Origin: Nostoc sp. DedSLP01
GTDB taxonomy: Bacteria; Cyanobacteriota; Cyanobacteriia; Cyanobacteriales; Nostocaceae
Direction: 5' to 3'
Length of the DNA: 64,000 nucleotides
NCBI GenBank assembly: GCA_034530875.2
Contig: JAVRCJ020000014.1
Span: forward strand, 128,001 to 192,000
Under the pieces are notes generated by a model, which saw only the letters and a list, made by a program, of their open reading frames with translations, was not told the DNA's origin and did no database searches. Below, piece after piece: positions 58,795 to 64,000 of this stretch (its first letter is position 1; the number at the start of each line of letters is the position of its first letter). The position numbers and the translations under genes are program-made.

Positions 58795-59859
58795 ATGCCA
58801 AAAATCCGAGTACTAATTGTCGATGATGCGGTAGTTGTTAGGAGTCGAGTCAGTAAGATTTTGTCTGGCGATCCCGAACTAGAAGTAGCAGGAGTTGCGG
58901 CTAACGGTCGCATTGCCTTGGCTAAGATACCCCTGGTTAATCCCGATGTTGTCATCCTTGATGTGGAAATGCCGGAGATGGATGGTTTACAAACTCTCTC
59001 TGCTATTCGGCAAATCTATCCGCGCTTGCCAGTAATTATGTTTAGCACTTCTACGCGTACTGGAGCGATCGCCACTCTTGAAGCTCTTTCTTTAGGTGCT
59101 TCAGATTATGCAACAAAACCGAGTAACTTAGGAAGTGTAGAAGCAACAAATAAATATATTCGGGAAGATTTAATTCCGAAAATTAAAGTATTTGGTGGAT
59201 TTTTTACACCAAACGCCATTGCCGAACCTGTTGCTGTTTTTCCCGTTCAGAGCAACATAGAGCCAGTGAAAGTTGTGGCTATTGGTGTTTCTACTGGAGG
59301 CCCTAATGCTTTGAATGCAGTGTTGGGAAAACTTCCAGCTGATTTATCAGTGCCAATTTTAATTGTCCAACACATGCCGCCAATGTTTACCAAACTACTA
59401 GCCGAGCAATTATCTTCCAAGTGTAAAATTCCAGTGGATGAGGCGGTTCCCGGACAGATACTAGAGCCTGGACGTGCTTGGATTGCACCAGGAGATTATC
59501 ATTTAGTTGTGGAACGCGACAAAACTGTGGTTCGCCTTGCTACTAATCAAGCATCTCCAGAAAATTTCTGTCGTCCTTCTGTAGATGTTCTGTTTCGTTC
59601 GGTTGCAGAGGTTTATGGTGCAGGGGCGATCGCAGTTATCCTTACGGGTATGGGGCAAGATGGGTTAAAAGGCTGTCGGCGCATACGCGAGGCAGGGGGA
59701 CAGGTGCTTGCACAAGACAAAGCTACTAGCGTGGTGTGGGGAATGCCCGGTTTTGTAATTAATGCCGGACTTGCCAATCAAATTTTGCCGCTTAACCAAA
59801 TTGCCGATGAAATTCTGCACAGAATTGGTTACGATCGAGTCTCTATTTCGGGTCTGTAA
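58795..59859 (+). CDS. cheB: CheB protein-glutamate methylesterase (REC + esterase)
   Basis: REC (VDDAVVVR, LDVEMPEMDG), GVSTGGP, VQHMP, RPSVDVLF, LTGMGQDG catalytic S/H/D; upstream ATGs lie in STRR repeats. Confidence 0.95.
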   Translation: MPKIRVLIVDDAVVVRSRVSKILSGDPELEVAGVAANGRIALAKIPLVNPDVVILDVEMPEMDGLQTLSAIRQIYPRLPVIMFSTSTRTGAIATLEALSLGASDYATKPSNLGSVEATNKYIREDLIPKIKVFGGFFTPNAIAEPVAVFPVQSNIEPVKVVAIGVSTGGPNALNAVLGKLPADLSVPILIVQHMPPMFTKLLAEQLSSKCKIPVDEAVPGQILEPGRAWIAPGDYHLVVERDKTVVRLATNQASPENFCRPSVDVLFRSVAEVYGAGAIAVILTGMGQDGLKGCRRIREAGGQVLAQDKATSVVWGMPGFVINAGLANQILPLNQIADEILHRIGYDRVSISGL

Positions 59860-60695
59860 TGAAACAGACTATGGACGTAAGCAAGGGTGATTTTGAGTAT
59901 CTTCGTCAGTTAGTTCACGAGCATTCTGGGATTGTATTATTTGGCGATAAAACCTATTTGGCAGAGTTACATTTACAGCCAATAGTAGAATCCTCAGGCT
60001 TCACTTCTATCGCGGAATTAATTAATTACTTACGGAATCATCCGTTTAATAATCTTCATCTGCAAACAATCGAGGCCTTAGTTACCACCGAAACTTCATT
60101 TTTTCGGGATAAACACCCTTTTGAAGCACTCAAAGAATACGTGCTACCAGAATTAATTAAACAACGAGCGATTGAGCGATCGCTTAATATTTGGAGTGCT
60201 GCCTGTTCCAACGGGCAAGAACCTTATAGCATCGCCATATTAATTCAGGAGCATTTTCCCATACTTATCAATTGGCCTGTAAAGCTAATTGCCAGCGATT
60301 TTTCTACTAAAGTTTTAGACCGCGCTCGTCAAGGGCATTATAACCAGTTGGAAATTAATCGCGGGCTATCTCAAAATATTCGTGACAAATACTTTCAAAA
60401 GCTAAATAACGACTGGCAAATCAACGAAGAAATCCGTCAGATGGTTGATTTTCGTCAGTTCAACCTTGTGCAAACTTGGCCATATTTACCACAATTTGAT
60501 GTTATCTTTTTACGCAATGTTTTAATCTACTTTGATATTGCCACTAAAAAAGCTTTGCTTAAAAAAGTAAAACAGCAATTAAGACCAGATGGTTATTTAT
60601 TTCTGGGTAGCGGTGAAACCACAATTAACCTAGATCGATCCTTCCGCCTGGTTAAATTTGACAGGCATATATGCTATCAATTGCACAATCATTAA
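59859..60695 (+). CDS. cheR: CheR protein-glutamate O-methyltransferase
   Basis: TTETSFFRD, IWSAACSNGQEPYS, FDVIFLRNVLIYFD, LFLGSGE; start overlaps cheB stop. Confidence 0.95.
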   Translation: MKQTMDVSKGDFEYLRQLVHEHSGIVLFGDKTYLAELHLQPIVESSGFTSIAELINYLRNHPFNNLHLQTIEALVTTETSFFRDKHPFEALKEYVLPELIKQRAIERSLNIWSAACSNGQEPYSIAILIQEHFPILINWPVKLIASDFSTKVLDRARQGHYNQLEINRGLSQNIRDKYFQKLNNDWQINEEIRQMVDFRQFNLVQTWPYLPQFDVIFLRNVLIYFDIATKKALLKKVKQQLRPDGYLFLGSGETTINLDRSFRLVKFDRHICYQLHNH

Positions 60696-60967
60696 AGAAG
60701 AATACAAAATCAATTAGTAGAGGATTTAGGGATTTAGAGCCTATTTATAAAGTAAAGATTAACTAGATTGTGTTACGGCTATGCAAGAATTTGAGGGTTT
60801 GAGAAAGTCATGAGTTTTAAGAGGGCAGATGGCAGTCCCAATGAAACAAGTTTCACAAGCCTTGAATGAAAGTGTCTTTCTCCCCCTGCCTCCTCTGCTC
60901 AAAAACTGCTCTTTCAAGTCAAAAGGTATTCTGCCCTCTACCTTTCTTAGTAATTCAACATTTTCAA

Positions 60968-61891
60968 CTAGGCAATCCCGATGCCGCCTGTTACACCATA
61001 AACTTCTCCCGTGATGTAGCTGCCTTCTTGGGAAGCAAGCAACACATACACAGGAGCAATTTCCACAGGCTGGCCGGGTCTTCCGAGCGGAACTTCAGAA
61101 CCAAATTTCTCGATCTTGTCCTGGGTCTGACCACCACTCGGCTGTAGCGGTGTCCAGAATGGGCCGGGTGCGACTGCATTAACACGCACTCCCTTCTCGA
61201 TCATCTGTTTGGCGAGAGATTTGGTGAAATTCTCAATGCCCGCTTTCGTAATCGCATAGTCAAGCAGACTCGCTGAAGGTTGATATGCCTGAATCGAAGT
61301 GGTATTAATAATCGATGCTCCGGGTTTGAGATGTGGAACGGCTGCTTTCGTAATCCAAAATAGCGCGTAGAGGTTTGTCTTCATCACTTTATCGAAATGC
61401 TCAGTCGCGATATCGCTAATTGAGGGGTAAGATGTCTGTGCGCCAGCATTGTTCACAAGAATATCTAAACCGTTCAAAGATTGCACTGCATCTGTCACCA
61501 GCTTTTGGCAAAAATGCTCGTCAGTGATGTCACCGGGAAGTGCAACCGCTTTGCGCCCTGATTCTTCAATCAATTGGATGACCTCTTGAGCATCAGCCTC
61601 CTCACTCTCGAGATAGCCGATCGCGACATCAGCACCTTCCCGCGCAAATGCGATCGCAACAGCGCGCCCAATACCAGAATCGGCTCCCGTGACCAATGCC
61701 TTCCGACCTGCAAGCTTTCCACATCCAATGTAGCTTTGCTCACCATGATCCGGTTTGGGCTGCATCTCTTGAGCAAGTCCTGGTACGGGCTGCGGTTGTT
61801 GGGGAAAGGGCGGAGCAGGATATTGCTGCCGGGGGTCTTGCATCTCTAATCGATCGTCTTTCATCACTTGTTCTTTTGATAGTTTTTGCAA
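60968..61891 (-). CDS. SDR oxidoreductase (YghA/YhdF general-stress type)
   Basis: [36 protein letters not shown]. Confidence 0.9.
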   Translation of the reverse strand: MQKLSKEQVMKDDRLEMQDPRQQYPAPPFPQQPQPVPGLAQEMQPKPDHGEQSYIGCGKLAGRKALVTGADSGIGRAVAIAFAREGADVAIGYLESEEADAQEVIQLIEESGRKAVALPGDITDEHFCQKLVTDAVQSLNGLDILVNNAGAQTSYPSISDIATEHFDKVMKTNLYALFWITKAAVPHLKPGASIINTTSIQAYQPSASLLDYAITKAGIENFTKSLAKQMIEKGVRVNAVAPGPFWTPLQPSGGQTQDKIEKFGSEVPLGRPGQPVEIAPVYVLLASQEGSYITGEVYGVTGGIGIA

Positions 61892-62019
61892 TTCAAGACT
61901 TAAGTATTAAGCATCGAGAAGAACGATTCCTCACCCTTTCAGCAGAATAACGTACCAAAGTATGCAAGACTTGGGCGCAGGCTCAGGGAGATCCACAAAA
62001 TAATTAACTCACTGGGGAT

Positions 62020-62346
62020 TCACTTAAGCGGGTCGTGTCCCCAATTCTTTAATGAGTAATACCAGCGTGTGTGTTTCAAATCGCCAGAAGGTTGCTGCGC
62101 GCTATGACGATGAATGTAACTAATAACTTTCTTTATATGCGAAAGTTCATCGTCTGTATAGTCAGCTTTTTTCTCTAACAATTCGATAATCCGTCGCCCG
62201 GATTTATGACCAATTGACTCGTCATCGCCGTCTTTTTGCCCGACACTTTGTGACTCATCTGTATCTAGCCAAGCCTCTAGTTCCTTGGGTGTCATATTGA
62301 CAGCTTGATGAAACTCGTCAATCACCGATTTAGTATCTTTACTCAT
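62020..62346 (-). CDS. DUF3140 domain protein
   Basis: VNMTPKELEAWL...ESIGHKSGRRI...WYYSLKNWGHDP. Confidence 0.85.
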   Translation of the reverse strand: MSKDTKSVIDEFHQAVNMTPKELEAWLDTDESQSVGQKDGDDESIGHKSGRRIIELLEKKADYTDDELSHIKKVISYIHRHSAQQPSGDLKHTRWYYSLKNWGHDPLK

Positions 62347-62355
62347 GGCTAAGAA

Positions 62356-62577
62356 TTACTCCTCTAACTTTTCCAGAGCATCGGGCTTATGAGCAGCTTG
62401 TTTTCCTGTCTTATCGCTTTCAACTATGTACTGGGGGTCATCTTCGCTAGCAGCGACATGATGCTTTTTAATATCTGTTGGAGAGGTGACTTTCTTCACT
62501 ACTTCGCCAGTTGTCTCGCCTTGTGAAGTTTTCCATTCAACGCGATCGCCCTTTTTAAATTCCTCAGCCATAACCAT
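62356..62577 (-). CDS. DUF2945 / Hva1 TUDOR-like protein
   Basis: FKKGDRVEW...ASEDDPQYIVESDKTGKQAAHKPDAL. Confidence 0.85.
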   Translation of the reverse strand: MVMAEEFKKGDRVEWKTSQGETTGEVVKKVTSPTDIKKHHVAASEDDPQYIVESDKTGKQAAHKPDALEKLEE

Positions 62578-62720
62578 CTCTTCTTTGAAATTTGATACTT
62601 ACTCTCGTCACATTGTGTCTGTAATTTAAAAACCAGCCATCATTCTCGTGGTAGATAAAACATCCGTTATTAAGCTATATCTTTTGGCTAGGAAAAGGGA
62701 TAACAAATTACTAAATAAAA

Positions 62721-62768
62721 ACATCTGCAAAAATATCAAAGCCTTTGTGTAGCTTTTTTTGCAGATGT
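62721..62768 (-). terminator. Hairpin downstream of lipoxygenase gene
   Basis: ACATCTGCAAAAA / TTTTTGCAGATGT 13-bp arms. Confidence 0.5.
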
Positions 62769-62796
62769 AGAACGAGCTAAAATCGAATTATAAATA

Positions 62797-62904
62797 TACC
62801 AATTCTCTAAAATGAAGCAAAAGAAATAAATCAGCAAATTCTTGCTGCATCTAAATTTCTTAATTACGTTAGCGTAGCGGCACGTAGCCCATTACGAATT
62901 GGTA
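62797..62904. mobile_element. MITE (TACCAATTC family) with about 22-nt insert, abutting lipoxygenase stop codon
   Basis: On the minus strand TAA|TACCAATTCGTAAT[GGGCTACGTGCCGCTACGCTAA]CGTAATTAAGAAA...GAATTGGTA. Confidence 0.7.
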
Positions 62905-64000
62905 TTAGATGCTGATGCTATTGGTAACAAGCCTGGGTTTGAGATAGTTATACTTGATTAAACGACTCTTGTTATTTAATTCAATTTTTCGCTCTACCTC
63001 GTTTAAATCTTGCTGGAATGTAACTAAAAGATTCTGAGCCTGTGGGTCAGCAAATTTATCGTCATAGTAGCCTAATCTGTCATAACGGTAAGCTGACAGA
63101 ATGAATAAAATTGACAATTGGTCGCCAGTTTGTTTTGGCGGTGGCAGAAATGATAATAAACTTTTGCTGTCAGCAATAGTACCTTCTGTTGTCATTTGTT
63201 TATAACCAGCAAGGGGCATATTCGGCATGAAGGTCATATATTCATATTGTGGGTAGTTAACAGCAGCGTGTTGCGGCCCGCAGGTGAAAATTACCGCTGT
63301 AGCAATGTCAATTAATTGTTCTAATTTTTCAATGCGATCGGGAACGCCTTTAACTCGTCCGCCTGATTGCGAAACTAACTCCTGCGCCCAAGCTTGCAAT
63401 TCAAAGTCTGCTGTCAAATCTTGAGGAGTTTTGTAGTATAACTTCAAGTATTCAGACACAAACTTTTTAATGGCATTCCACAATAACATTCCATCATCTC
63501 GATAGGGATAATGAGGTAAGTTATCTGGATTGTCCACGCCACGATTTTTGACTTCAGTCGGTAAGGCAAATCGATCTAAACTCCATTCTTTATAAGCATT
63601 GACGACAATTTGCAACGATTCTTGGAGAGTTCCGGCTAGCAATTCATCAACAGGCCCGCCCCTATTTACTAAGCGCTTGCGACCCAAGTCATTATTAGCC
63701 AACATGAAGCGGAAGTGGGGTTTTAGTAACAAATTGACAGGATGATTATCAGCTAATTGACGGGCTGTAACAATGGCGAAAGGTTCCATAACAAAATGAG
63801 TTCGGCAAAGATGGGTACTCATTTCATGATGGTTAGCATCGGCAATTTGAACGCATAGTTTGGCATAAAACCAAGTTAAAGAATTGTCAAAGGGTGTAAT
63901 TAATTTGCTTTGTTTGCCGAGTGCGGGATTGAGTTGAATGGCAATCGGAACAAGTTGACCGCGATCGCTAAAACCAGAACTACGCCAACAGAAAAAAGCT
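62905..64000 (-). CDS. Lipoxygenase (5' end outside window)
   Basis: Frame open to the window edge: PIAIQL...WFYAK...ADANHHEMSTHLCRTH, YPYRDDG, QHAAVNYPQY, C-terminal NSISI (Fe ligands). Confidence 0.95.
   Translation of the reverse strand, partial: AFFCWRSSGFSDRGQLVPIAIQLNPALGKQSKLITPFDNSLTWFYAKLCVQIADANHHEMSTHLCRTHFVMEPFAIVTARQLADNHPVNLLLKPHFRFMLANNDLGRKRLVNRGGPVDELLAGTLQESLQIVVNAYKEWSLDRFALPTEVKNRGVDNPDNLPHYPYRDDGMLLWNAIKKFVSEYLKLYYKTPQDLTADFELQAWAQELVSQSGGRVKGVPDRIEKLEQLIDIATAVIFTCGPQHAAVNYPQYEYMTFMPNMPLAGYKQMTTEGTIADSKSLLSFLPPPKQTGDQLSILFILSAYRYDRLGYYDDKFADPQAQNLLVTFQQDLNEVERKIELNNKSRLIKYNYLKPRLVTNSISI

Noticed and set aside
1..64000. Autonomous IS, integrase, prophage, tRNA or rRNA
   Set aside because: No transposase, integrase or phage motifs in the ORFs and no tRNA/rRNA-like sequence recognised; only non-autonomous repeats were seen.
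1..64000. Abundant GCGATCGC as a novel repeat
   Set aside because: This is the well-known cyanobacterial HIP1 octamer.

Overview
64-kb chromosomal window from a filamentous, Nostocales-like cyanobacterium. The assignment rests on frequent HIP1 GCGATCGC octamers, STRR heptamer repeats and pgl-fraH synteny. Housekeeping genes (thiE-thiS, ftsH, tmk, dcd, an adenylate kinase-like gene, rph, pgl, fraH, purU, a Gld-like ABC transporter) are interleaved with accessory modules. (1) A complete chemosensory locus at 51-60.7 kb carries cheA-cheW-mcp-cheB-cheR plus a divergent cheY-cheC-PAS hybrid kinase operon. Its architecture resembles flagellar-class systems rather than the usual cyanobacterial pilus-type systems. 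Its only receptor is a soluble MCP with Nik1/Os-1-type poly-HAMP repeats. (2) A glycan locus (tandem DUF3131 protein, PilZ-less cellulose-synthase-like GT2, PIG-L deacetylase) is physically joined to a STAS/REC-PP2C/RsbW partner-switch module. (3) An uncharacterised soluble plus membrane gene pair shares a QT-x(3-4)-DGDI...H motif. (4) Other accessory genes are an HsdR_N-like nuclease-ParA fusion, an RHH plus 2-TM pair, an orphan SUKH immunity-like gene, a decayed Phd/RelE TA module and a secreted SelN-like thioredoxin-fold protein. (5) Many miniature inverted-repeat elements are present, several abutting stop codons, some nested, and two apparently inserted in-frame into dcd and adk. A 14 x 21-bp tandem array lies inside the che operon. 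No rRNA, tRNA, CRISPR array or transposase was recognised. Family assignments come from motif recognition by eye, not from database searches.
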